Assembly (NCBI GenBank): GCA_028534125.1
Contig: CM052817.1
Coordinates: 60,886,001-60,950,000 of the forward strand
Reading direction: 5' to 3'
Source: Lama glama
Taxonomy: Eukaryota
DNA length: 64,000 nt
How positions within the stretch are numbered: the stretch's first letter is position 1; each line of letters opens with the position of its first letter. Both the position numbers and the translations under genes were made by a program. Positions 1 through 12,154 of this stretch are shown here, in pieces. The notes under the pieces were generated by a model, which saw only the letters and a program-made list of their open reading frames with translations, ran no database searches and was not told the origin of the DNA.

Positions 1-357
1 ACAGGAATCTGCATTATTCAGATGACTCCTCAGGGAGTTTTGAGGAGGCCAGTTGTAATTAGTCGGAACTTGTCTTTGAACAGAAGTCTAGAGCCACTTC
101 TGCCAGGGAGAAAAATGCCTAAAGGCACTAAATGATTATAAGAATTGCAACCAAGATTTTGTTTAAAGGCATATACATCAGATAGCAAGCGTACTTCCCT
201 CAAAATGCCCTATGGTTTTTTCATTTCTATTATTTGTAACCCCTCCCAAAATAACTTCAATGTGTGTCGAATGCTCCGTTCTACTTCTTGCTGGGTCTGA
301 CAAGACATGGAGACTGACAGAGAGATAAGAGGACAGGTGAGGAGGAGCCGGAATTAC

Positions 358-366
358 TTGTTTTGT

Positions 367-394
<28 letters not shown>
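358..394. repeat. (TTTTG)n microsatellite
   Basis: Six perfect TTTTG units at 361-390 plus partial flanking units. Confidence 0.95.
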
Positions 395-398
<4 letters not shown>

Positions 399-1394
399 CC
401 TGTCATGTTAAAGAAAAGACTCAAAGGAAAACATAGATCATGGTGATAAATGTATTGTATCTTCATATTTCATTGTAGTTGTCAAGAGTTCTTGCCAAGC
501 AATAAATGTTAAGTAAACCTGAGCCGCGGTGGGTTAGGTACAGGTACACTTCAGCTCCACATTTGGCCTCAAAATATTGCCTTTGTCCTGACGGTTTGCT
601 TCACTGTCTTGGGTGGGTTAGGTAGGTGGATGGGGGCAAGGATGCCACCCTTTTATTTCCCCCTAAGTGTGTGGGTGTGCATGTGTGTGTATGAGAGACA
701 GAGACAGAGAGATTGGGGGGAGTTTTAAAACCATTTCAGTTTCATTTTATTTCGATTTGCTCTTTGGTGTTGTTCAAAATGTACTAGTTTCTTCTATGAC
801 ACAGCGGTTTTAGACAGTTGACTGAATTAGAAGACAAAATTGCATCAAACTTGCAAGATTTAAGGAAAATGGCCGTTTACAAAATAGTGTGGAGTTGGGA
901 GGAGAGGGAGGCGTGGCTGGGATGGTTTTCAAAGGGGAAGGTGAACTAAGCTCAATGGCTGATGGGAAAACAGCCACAGTTAGTGTCTGCGCTCCACAGG
1001 GCTGGCCTGTCAGTCATCTCTCTCTTTTTCCTCACTCTTGGAATTCAGTACACAGGGAGGGGGAAGGGGATGGCACCGAGCCTCCTCCAGCTGAGGCGGG
1101 ACCAGAAGGGCAAAGGGCAGCTGCTCTCCTGACACCCCCTGCTTCCTGCGTGCTCCTCCTCCCCCTCCTGAAACGCCCTGCACCCTTTCTCTATATCGCA
1201 AAACTTGGAGCCTTGGTTCAAACAGCTGCCTCCTTTGTTACATTCTCTTTGATCACTTTTGCCAAAGTGACCTCACCTCCTTCCACAGAACTAAGTCGTG
1301 CTTCTTTTGTGAACCTCTCCAACACTCGCTTGCTGTAGGCTTCGTGTTCTGCCTCCCCCGGCCAAAAATAAAACAGACCCCAAAACAACAGTCT

Positions 1395-1590
1395 TTAGTT
1401 GTACGGCCTTACACAGATTACTCCACTTCCCTGTTCCTGAGTTTCTAAGTTTATAAAAATGGACGTAAAATTGGTAACAACCTCAGAGGGAGGTTCTGAG
1501 ACCTAACATAAGTGAATCGCCTTAAAGTGAACAATGCAGGTGAAGAGACCAGTGCTCAAAAAATGTGAGAAACAACTAGCTACTGTTACT
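1395..1590 (+). mobile_element. MIR SINE
   Basis: Degenerate core: cttccctgttcctgagtttc..ataaaaatgg..aacctcagagggaggttctgaga..agtgctcaaaaaatgt. Confidence 0.6.
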
Positions 1591-1847
1591 GCCTACGGCC
1601 ACCTGGTGAGCACATATTCTATAGTCGCCCTTCCTAAATTTTACCTTTCATTCGGCGTATTGATTGATGCATCCTACAAGCAAACTGCAGTGGTAACTAC
1701 TGCCGCGCACACAAAGAGCCCTCAGACACCACTGCCTGACCCGAGGGGCGTGCGGACCTTTGGAAGAAGCAAAGCAAAACCACTTTAACAAAAGTCGTTA
1801 GAAAATCATCAGCAAACTTTCAGAGAGGGTTCAAATGATAGATAAAT

Positions 1848-2009
1848 CAGTGGTTTCCCCAAACCAGCTTGATTATCAGGATCCCCTGGGGAGATATTTA
1901 ACTATATAGATTCCAAGATCCCAACTTGGAACCAGAAAGTCAGAATCTCTGGTTTGTAGCCAACGAAATGCAAGTGATTCTGATGATCATCCAAGTGTGG
2001 AATCCATGG
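1848..2009. mobile_element. MER5-like hAT-Charlie MITE
   Basis: cagtggtttcccc..tcaggatcccctggggag..tcagaatctctgg..gtgattctgatg. Confidence 0.6.
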
Positions 2010-3384
2010 ACTAGTCGCGTATAACTGGGGAGAAGGGCTTTCTGTTAAAACTAACCTTAACCAGGACTAGGGGCACTCTTTCTAAGAGTTAGGATGAAGG
2101 ACGATGATATCACTTAAAAGAGATAAGGGTGTTTCAACCCAGTGGTTTAATCTTCTCAATAAAGCAGGAAATAAGGTCCTCTGCTGAGAATGAGACAGGG
2201 ATCAGTGCGGTTCGGGATCTGGGAAACGTGGAGAAGGGGGGAAGAGTTGCCGTGGGGATGTGTTACAGGGACAGCGAGAGGTGACTTCAACTGGGGGCCC
2301 ATGAGGCTGCACTACTTCTTACTGAATTCCCAGGTCCAGCTTACACCTGGACAGAGGTCATTCCTCTCAAGCCCCCAAGAGCTCATATAGATGAAAAGGC
2401 ACTGGCATTGTCAATAAAGGCAATTTTTTAATATTACTGACAGTAAGACCAAATGCTGTGAATCCTGAGTATCATTTGACACCCTTGTTTCTTCCGCCTA
2501 GTATACAATTTAGAAACTGATCTCCTGAAATGTCTAGGCATCCGTTTCTCATCATACCGACAAATCTACCTACTGTGCTCTTGGTTGCTCTGTGGCTGGC
2601 ATCTGAGTATATGAACTCCCTGAGGGTGAGAATAAGACTTCATAATTAAACTTACGTTGGCGTCACTTTTCGTGTATTTTTCTTTTTGGCGAATGAATTA
2701 TTTTATTCCTCTCATTTTTCCACATCGAATTCTCAGTGTTGTAATGGGTCCCCCACAGTTCCAGGCAGTTACTGGTTCTTGGGGAGAAATGCTCCTGTGG
2801 CATTATTGATTGCAGCCTTCATGGGACGGACAGTGATTTACTATGTTGCTCCCTGTGCAGCTGTGGATTTGCTGTACAGTGACGGCCTTCGGTGGCCTCC
2901 TCAGTCTCCACTCGACAAGAGACCTAGGGAGGGAGCTAGTTGTATTGAAATCAAAGTGTCCTCACCCCAAATCGTATTCTGTCCCTCAAACTGAACCCAG
3001 GTCGGTGAGAGGTTAGTGGAAACATGGTTAAGGACCTGGTAAATAATGACACTGAAATTGAGGCTGTCCCTGCTGGCCTCTGACCCCTGACTTGGCCTCC
3101 TAAAAGCTTCATGCTGTCACCCTCACCACCTCCCTCCTTTACTGGGCTTTTCATGGCTGGCCGCTTCCTCCCTCACAGTCTCAATACTTCACATTCTAGC
3201 ATTCTGTGTGTTCTCTTGGCTAAACGATCTGAATGGACATTTGACCCGTAGGCAGCACTGTGGGTTTGGACTTAGCCATTGTCTCTGTCAGTGTTCAGTT
3301 CTGAAAAGACAAAGTGGAAACCTGAAGCGAATGGACTCTGCTATATCATCATGGATGCACCACAATAATCTTTATTATGATTAT

Positions 3385-3603
3385 GATAATAGCTACCTGG
3401 CAGTGAGCACTTAGTACATGTCAGATAGCATGCTGAGCACTTGGCATGGACGATGCAATTTAAGATTGGAATTATTTCATTAGAAAAACTGGAGCGCAGA
3501 GGGGTCACATTACTTTGCTGGTATCTACGCAGGAAGTAATGAAACGAGGATTCCACCCAAGTTTGTCTTACTCTAATACTTATGCTCCTAACTGCCACAC
3601 TGT
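3385..3603 (-). mobile_element. MIR SINE
   Basis: tgagcacttagtacatgtcag..gaaaaactggagcgcagaggggt..ggattccacccaagtttgtc. Confidence 0.65.
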
Positions 3604-4934
3604 CCCCTTCCAAAAATCTCAGTCCCTGAATTATTTGCCTTCATTCGCATTTCCTAAACTCTTATCTCTACCTCCCTGTCACTCCTTGACTTCTCTTTGG
3701 TCACCAGCCAATTATGTCTGTGCTTTACATCCACCTGCATATTTGCAAATAGTTTTGGAAGTGGAATTCATTTCATCCACTTATTTTGTGCCCACTAAAA
3801 CAGCTGGTATATTGGTATCCTCAGTTTTCTAGATGGATCATATCCTTAAGTGAAAGTGATAAGACTGGATGGGGTAGGAGAAGATGATGGGAGAGAAACG
3901 GAATGGTATCACTGATCTCAGGGGATGCTGGGACTCAACATTCCTGCCATCAATTATTAGATATGATCTCCCCGGACATTGTTTGCCACACTTCCCATCT
4001 GTATGTTTATAGGCAGCCTTTGCCCAGAGCTGAGGGAAAATGGAATGCAAATGTTAGAAAGAAAATTCAGAAACCTAGGAACTCTGCCCAATGGTCTCAG
4101 GCTATGATTAGTGATGTTAAGCAGTAGCATCCGCTCTCCTCTTTCTTCCGTACTCGACCTGAGATGTTGGCCCTGCTACCACCTTATCTTGTTCGTGCAT
4201 CTTAGACAAATTCTTTTATACAAAAGATCCTGGGGGATCTCCAGAGCTCTGTGGACCATCGTTGAGACTGTCTGAGAGATAACTTGGTGTTTAATGTAAC
4301 AAGGACTCTGGAAGCAATTCTTATATTTTAATTTCCTCTGATTCGTGTTGCAGGTCATGCCTCACTGTGAGAACTGGATGAGTGCAGTGTTCTGTTTCCA
4401 TTACAACTACAAGAAAATCACTTGAAAGCACATTCACAATAGTCTTGTAGAGTGTAGCCTCTCCTAGAAAGTAAGCCAGCAACAGTGTTGATAAGTACAA
4501 GATGGATCTGTTTCTCACATTACCCTCGTTGCTATGGTAGTGTGCCTATTTATTGTATGTGGAATGTCATTATTTGTAGTGACCTGTGTAGCTTGAGTTT
4601 TATCTTGATGATCCTTTTGTCAGAGGGGTTTATCCTTTTTACTCATCTAGAAATAAACAGAGCATGGTATCCAGTATTGCTTATACCACCATATGCAGGC
4701 TAAAGATTCTTCAGAATTCACCAATATTCTGATTGATTTAGTTGCTGAAAAACATAACTGGCTATCCAAGCTTGGGTACATTGCACTCCCACAATCACTC
4801 ATCAAGGATTTTAGAAATATTTCAGATCCCCACTTAGGTTGCTTTCATTTCTAATTGGATTTGGAACAGATATGAAGGGTTGATTCTGTCAGGTTTGGGG
4901 TAGAGAAATAGCAGGCTTTGCAAATGTCTCCATT

Positions 4935-4938
<4 letters not shown>

Positions 4939-4965
<27 letters not shown>

Positions 4966-4966
4966 C
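4939..4966. repeat. (AC)14 microsatellite
   Basis: Seen directly. Confidence 0.95.
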
Positions 4967-6393
4967 GGTTTATGAAACCTATTTCTGCATGAAGAGGCCA
5001 GTCACGCAATCCCTCTGACAATTGTTATCAGGACGGAATGACACTCAATTTTTATCAAGCCTCTTCTCTGAGTTACTGAAGCCTCCCATAATATCATTAA
5101 GTAAGTAAACACTGCCGCGCATAAAGCTATCGCTATTACCATGGAAAACAGCAAGCAGCTCCCATGCGCTTACACGGGAAATGTGAGCATCGGCGTCCCT
5201 TTCATAATAGCAGCATATCTACACCGGTTCGTTTCATAGACTCATAGAAAGATACTATTCCCTTTATATCTGTCAGCAGAATTTCTTTCTGATAACTGCT
5301 GAAAACTTCAGTAAGCAGTTAGTCCTGCTGGTTGAAGAAGACAGATGCGTTATCTGAGGTAATAGATAAGTCTCATTAAGAAGATGGAATAGACTAATTC
5401 CCAACGTATCTCCCATGCGTGGGAAAACTGAACTGTGAAATAGAGCAGTTACACATCAGTTATCCTTCCTGCGTGGAATAAGACAGGTCTCACTGCTACA
5501 CAGCACATTATGTAATTTTTTTATAAATAACCATTTATATCTCTTTTTGCTGCCTCATTAAAAAAAAAAAAGCAGTCCTTCTACGCCAAATAAGACTTAT
5601 TCCTGAAACTACTTTAAAAATCCAAGTATTCTATTTAAAGTGTATGTTCCTGCTTACTAACACAGGCCCCAAAAGTGGATATTTAGTATTAACCCAAAAA
5701 CAAATGCTACACATCTTATGATATTACACTTTTAACAGAAAATGTCTCCTACCAACTAAAGTAAAGCTAGCTATTAGCATTTAAAATACGTTTTAGAGCT
5801 CTTGTGTTGATTAATGATTTGTAATCATTTTAGGTAGTTTCTCAGGTTTGTCATATCAGGTTTTCATATGTGAATTACTTGAAAACAATTTCATTTCTTG
5901 AGTAGTTTAAATCTCTCTCTTACACTTGTTTACGTGATTAATTTTCCTTAGTAAACGTTCTTATATGGCTATAATGTCCCAAACACAGAAGTGTCATGTT
6001 ACAGGAGTTAAATTAATGGAAGTTTATAAATGAAAACTTTGCTTATCAAAGTAAACAATAAAGGAGAGGACTTACTTGTTTTAATTTGTGGACTGTGTAA
6101 TAAAAACAAGATAACGAGAATAGAAGTGCTTTGCAAATTATGAAGTGATATTTTAAAGAAGAAAGATACTTGCATCCTAGTTTTTTCTAATGTCTTAAAT
6201 ATTGATAGGGAGATGAAGAAACGTAAATTCTACAGGTTCTGAGTCTGAGTCTGAGACCAGTTTTATCTCAGACGTGATTCAGAGGGAGAAAGAGAGAAAT
6301 TCCAGACTTGGAAAAGCAGCTGACTAGGCAGGTCGCGCCTGAGCGACAGCCACACTCTGGAGCCGTGACACTTGCTGCGTTTCGCCGGCCGTG

Positions 6394-6531
6394 TGTATCA
6401 GTCCGCCTGGGCCGCTGTAACAAAAGACCACTGACTGGGTGGCTTAATCAACAGAGTCTCCTCTCTCATGGTTCTCAAGGCCAGGAGTCCAAGACCAAGG
6501 TGCCTGCCAGGTAGATGTCATTATGAGGCCT
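6394..6531 (-). mobile_element. MLT1A-like MaLR LTR fragment
   Basis: tgtatcagtccgcctgggccgctgtaacaaaagaccactgactgggtggcttaatcaacag..ggagtccaagaccaaggtgcc resembles an antisense MLT1A/MST 3' end. Confidence 0.7.
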
Positions 6532-8669
6532 CCTAGACAACACTTACTCCAAAAGGTTGTCCCATTACTGCCCATCATGCCAAAGCCAAGGTTTTGTCAC
6601 CCTTTTTCACAGTGCCTTTCACAGCACTGCCCTCTCAGAGCACATAATCACACTGCAGAGGAGTCACACAGTAGTTAATCATCCAAGAAACAGCTTTGGG
6701 ATTTTTTTTTCCCCATTTATAGAAATGTAGCATGTTCAGGTTCATGCTGAAAAGAGTTTAGAAGGTAGAATTCATTTTCTAAAATGTCTAAAATGGAAGA
6801 GACACATTTTCTGTGGTTCGAGTCACTTTGAGAAGAGTTTGTTATGTTATTGTCTTAATGCTCTGACTGAAAAATTTGAAACACTTTTCCAGGAGAACTG
6901 GGATAACGCTAAATATAACACAATACACCTAAAAGGTTAGAATTTTAAAAAAAATCCTTTAAACTTTCCCTCTATGAAAATACAGGTAAAATATAGTAAA
7001 ATTATTGTCCTAAAGTTGTAATGTTACCAGTGGTCTAACTCTTGGCTGAGAATTTTAATTAATTACACTGAATTTATCCACCAACTTTAATACAAATAAG
7101 TCTTGAGAGTTTTTTTTTTTTGCATATATATCAATATACAGCCTCTAAGTTAAGAGATGTTATTTGCATCATAAAAGAATTCACCAGTTATTGAAGTACC
7201 TACTACTAAAACAGGTCTTGGAATAATGAATTCTCTCCATATATTTAAGTAGTTATTCAACTTATAAAAAGTTCAGTGTTTATGAAAATATTCATGAGAA
7301 TATTTGTTCATTCGAAAATCTCCTTCTCCATAATCTTCTTTCTCCTAGGCTGTGCCAAAAACAAACATATCACAGTCTTTATCCATTTACACACAGCACA
7401 CGCATCAAGATTCCACTTAAAATTTTAAGATTTGGTTGTCAGACACAAAGATATGAAAATATTCATAAAAGGTGTGCCGTCCACTAAGCAAAATAATTTT
7501 GATTTTATGACCCTTCTTCATAAACATGCATTTGAAAGGTCTGCAGAAGAAGACGTTGTACTATCTGAAGAGGGACTGTAAGCAGAGATGATCACTGCCA
7601 GTTTCTCGCTCTGCAGAATGAGAGAATTTTCCCCTTTACCCTATAACCTAAATATCACACTGAGCTTAAGGATGAAGCTGACATTTTAAAAGATCACCAG
7701 AAGTGTTCTCTTTCCAATTGCAATTATGCCCTCCATCTCCGTGGGAGCCATCGTCAGGGTCTTTTCATCTCTCCAGTAGCTTTCTGGCTCGCTTTCATTA
7801 TCCTGATTATCTATTCATTTGCCGCCCAGCACTCATTTTATGAAAGATCATGTCTGCCATTTCTATAATGAGTGCTTGACTTTTACTGCCAGCATAAACA
7901 CATAAAATATATAATAATTAAAGTTCAGTAGTCACCAAAGTCTTGAGATCCGTCATGTTGCTAATTTGATGTTTCAAGCAATCGCTTCTCTGCAAACAAG
8001 GCAGAGTTTGCCCTCTTAGGCAGTGCAAGACTTGGGGTGGAGGAGATGACTCTAACCTAGAGAGAGCAACCTGAATGGGCACCATGTATGTCAACTTTAG
8101 GGTTCATCTTCAACCGAACAACAAATCTGTGAAGTACAGTGACTGTTAGAGCCAACAAAAATCTCATCAGTATTTGAACATAAAAATTGTTGTAAGTGTT
8201 AAAGTTTAAATAATGCACAGTTTTCGAAAGAGTTAAATGTCATTTAATAAGTATTATACCTTTCATGGGCTATCAAAGGAAAAATTGCATCAGCCTAACT
8301 GTGGAAGTCTCCATAACATAATGGAAACTTCACAGTATGTTGACTTCCACTGAGTAAAGACTTCCTTATTTTGAACACACTGCCTTGTTTTGATAACATT
8401 GGCAAAGTCCCCAAAGTACCTCACGATAATGAATGCATCTGACGTTTACTCTAATCGCAGAGAGATTAATGAACTCATGCGATATTCATGTGGCTCTCCA
8501 GGGACAGCACGATGTGTTACACCAAGTGTAATGTTTGTAAATGGATACAATGGAATACATGTTTTCCAAGGAAGTTGAGTAGCCAAATCTTCAACTAATA
8601 AAGTGCCGGGAAATAAAGAGGCAGCTTCCAGTTATACTGGTTTTCTTTAAGGATGCTGAGATATTGATG

Positions 8670-8960
8670 GTGCATTTGGAAAAAGTGCAGGAGCCACAAG
8701 GGCTGGGTTTGAGAGCTGGCTGGATCACTTAGCAGCCTTGCAACCTTGAGCAGTTTTCTTCACCTCTCGGCCTCCATCTTCTCAGCTTTAAAATGAGAAC
8801 TTAATAACACTAGCCTTCATAAAGTCTTTTAAAAGAATAAGGAAGGAGAGAGGGAGGGATCAATCAATCATTCAATCTATTACTATAATTTCTCCCTCAC
8901 GAGATTATTTTAGGATGTAAATCAAATGATATGCAGTGTTTTTGATAAGTGCTTTATACA
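8670..8960 (+). mobile_element. MIR SINE (interrupted)
   Basis: ctgggtttgag..caaccttgagcagttttcttcacctctcggcctcca..taaaatgaga, continuing at ccctcacgagattattttaggatgtaaa. Confidence 0.6.
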
Positions 8961-10128
8961 CTTTGCTGCATTATGCATGCATTTCTTACTGTTATTCCTT
9001 TGGAAAATAAGTCTTCTGGATAAAGTTTACACTTTATTTCCCATACACAGAAAAATGAATGCCTTAGGAAGACATTACTTACTGCATAGGGACATAGAAC
9101 ACTGTTTAATAAGAAAATCAGATCTGACCAATTAAAGACTTTATCAAGTTAGCTTCTTCATATTAGGAAGTGAGATACCAGGTTTGAAGCAGGACAGGAA
9201 ACTTCTCTTTTTATGCCTGTCTCTGACATGCAGTGGTCTTCAACAAGAACTGAGCTTGTGATTTACATCCAGCCCTGTTGACTTGGCCCTGCAGTGGGGA
9301 GCTGGGCAGGTCACTTCACCTCACTGGGCAGGAGTTAAATATGATCTCAGCCCCCAGATACTATCCAGTACTAACATGCTGTCATTCTCATTAATCATCT
9401 CTAGTAATTCTTCACCAACCCTGAAAAACTTCTAATTAGTTTACAGTACTTCTAGTCATACGTAAGTAAAAAACATCTGTACATTTTTGATTATATGAGA
9501 CACCACCTCTTCTGCCTCAGTCAACTATCTTACCCATTCTTATTAAATCATAATCACGTCCCTGGAATTTCCTTTAGTGGTAATGTATCTGTTCATATCC
9601 CTTTGATTCCAAAATACAGTTTCCATTGCCCGGAAAATGATCCAGCAAATACAGAACCTCAGACAACAAATACTACCTGATCTTGAATAATTAAGGCAGT
9701 CCCTCTTGGAACATGGGTGGTCCCAATCACAAGACAAATGTTCAAATGTATGTCTCAGAATAATCAGAAAACCAAGGAAATCCAAAATTCATCTGAATTA
9801 TTATACTGTCATTATTAATATAAAGTGTGTACATCAAATTCTTTCTCAACGTGGTCAAATACAGAATCAACACGTGGTAACTCTGTACTCATAACTCTGT
9901 ACACAGATACATTACTAGCAGGCATTACTACATTCTAGTAAGATGTAAAGACATAGTCAAAAGAGCTGGAAGTAGAGTCAAAATCTCTGGCTTTAAAACA
10001 GACTCTGATGCTTTCAAATGATGTGACTTTGGCCAAGTCATTTAAGACCTCTCAACGTCAACATCTTCATCAGTGAAAATGGAAATTTGTTGACTTCATA
10101 GAGTTAATTTGTTATGGGGTTTCTAAAG

Positions 10129-10260
10129 GAGATCAGCAACTGTGGCTGGAAGGCCAAACCCGGCTCGGGCAGAGTTAAGTAGCTGCGACAGAGACCACAT
10201 GGCCCAACGACACTAAAACTTCGACTGTCTGGCCCTGACACAAAAAGATTGCTGACCCTG
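10129..10260. mobile_element. MER58-like hAT-Charlie MITE
   Basis: gcagagttaagtagctgcgacagagaccacatggccc..ttgctgaccctg, with imperfect 8-bp flanks TTCTAAAG / CTCTAAAA. Confidence 0.7.
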
Positions 10261-11126
10261 CTCTAAAAGGTGATACTTGTGAACTTATTTGAAATGCCAT
10301 GTGCACCTGTATGGTTTTAGGCAATCTCAGTTGGTTGGATTTAAGCAACTGGCTTTTGGCTCAACTAACTGGAAGAACTAGTTAAAAATTCAAATAAAGC
10401 AAAGGAAATACCTTCTAATAGTCTCCTTTAGGCTGTGACTTGAGGGATTAGATGTTATCAATGAATATTTGTTGTGCTGAATACTACAAACTCATTAAGA
10501 GATTTTACTTAAGAAAAAAAATCAACTAATGCCTGATTCATAGGAGGCTGATAGAATTTGTTTTTTCAACTCCGATGTTCGACTAGCGATAACAGCATGC
10601 CAGTCAGAGGGCCGCTCCACCCAGCTGAGTGTTAGATCTCAATCTTTGATAAGTGTTTTTTCTTCAATGCAAATTTACCTACATTTTCCAAGACCAGAAT
10701 GAAAGAAGTGATGAATGAATGAAAAACCTATCAAGCTGACGTTTTTCCAAAATTTGTCTGCATGTTATTATTAATTCTTTCTTAGTAACCAAGGAGAGGA
10801 AAATTTTGTGAGCACCCAGCAAATCAATTTAATAATGTGGGTATTCTGGACGAAAACTGATCCACTCACTGTGTCAAAAAATACTTTTTTTTTTCAGTTA
10901 TTCCCAAATTTCTTTCTCAATGACAGGTAACATTAATAAGTAAAGAGACTCCTAAATATCTTTTTAATGTGGTTATGTAAGACTCACATGCATGTAACAG
11001 ATAAAAGTTTTTGAAATATTTAAATAATCTATTTTCCTCTTCACCAATCCCTAGCTCCAAGTTGCCTCAGTGCTTCCAAACTGAAGAAATGCCTGGAGGT
11101 CTCAGATCAAAGAGTTCTTCTCATTA

Positions 11127-12154
11127 TGTAGCTAAAATTCCCTTTTACCACAACAGGCTAAGAACATTGAAGACCTGGGGTGTAAGAAGGATTTCGAGGA
11201 AAGGAAAGGAAAGTTGCACCTCTTCCGGCCAGAGGTTGCCAGCGGAGGGCAGGGGCTGGGAGATGAGCGAGTGGTGAGGCAGACGTCAGACAGACTGAAA
11301 GACACAAGGGCAGAGGGCCTGACGCGTCCTCTCCCATCTGAGCCTCTGAGGGGAGCTCCCCGGGCCCACCAGGCTCTGCACCAACACAGGAGATTTCAGG
11401 CAGCTGAGAAGCCAGAGCCACGTGGTCAGGAAAAACCAAAGGAAGGTTCAGTCTTCATCCCCAGGCCTCCCGTCCTCCCGTAAGAATAAAAGTGAGGTGA
11501 GAATGCTGAGGCAGAGCACATATGCCACCCTCAAGACCCTCCAGAGTGAGTGACAGGGTGACACCAGAGTAGGGTCTGAAGGGCTACACAGTAGTCAGGG
11601 GCTGAGATGAAGGAAATGGTGGAAGCTAGCATGGTGTACAGCACCTTGGAGGCTGCGTCAGCAGAGGAGGCCACCACCCTGAAGGAGTAGAGAAGGACGC
11701 TAGTCAACTTGAGCAGACCTAGCGCCTCGGCCCACTTTAGCAGCAGTCACCAGCGAATATCTAAGGATTGGACCCAGGCCCATGGAACTTCAAAGGAGAG
11801 CAGCCAGAGCAAGTCCAAGGACTAGCAAGAGGCCAGCAGCTCCCCCGACCAAACACCCACACTGGCGACATGATGCCATCCACAAACCCTGAAACGCCAT
11901 CTTGGAAAAGAGCGAGGGAAACGGGGAGGAATCAGAAAGATGGAGTAATTCTCTCAAGTCAATTGAGCTACAGCTGGAGACATGTTAAATTATTAGATCA
12001 GATTAAATTTTAAATCATAGAGCTAATTTTAGTTTGGTTCCCACTGCTCAGCAGACCCAGTCCTCCTGAGAAAAATCAATTAAGTTCTAGAGAAAAGCTC
12101 CATTTTCTTTGTACACACAAATTGTTGTGTGAATAAATTTGCAATTGTGCTACA
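11127..12154. mobile_element. Ancient solo LTR (possibly LTR85/LTR88-like) in the GRID2 intron
   Basis: Termini TGTAGC...GCTACA form a perfect 6-bp inverted repeat, flanked by the direct repeat ATTA (11123-11126 and 12155-12158). The 1028-bp body is more GC-rich than its flanks. Confidence 0.6.
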
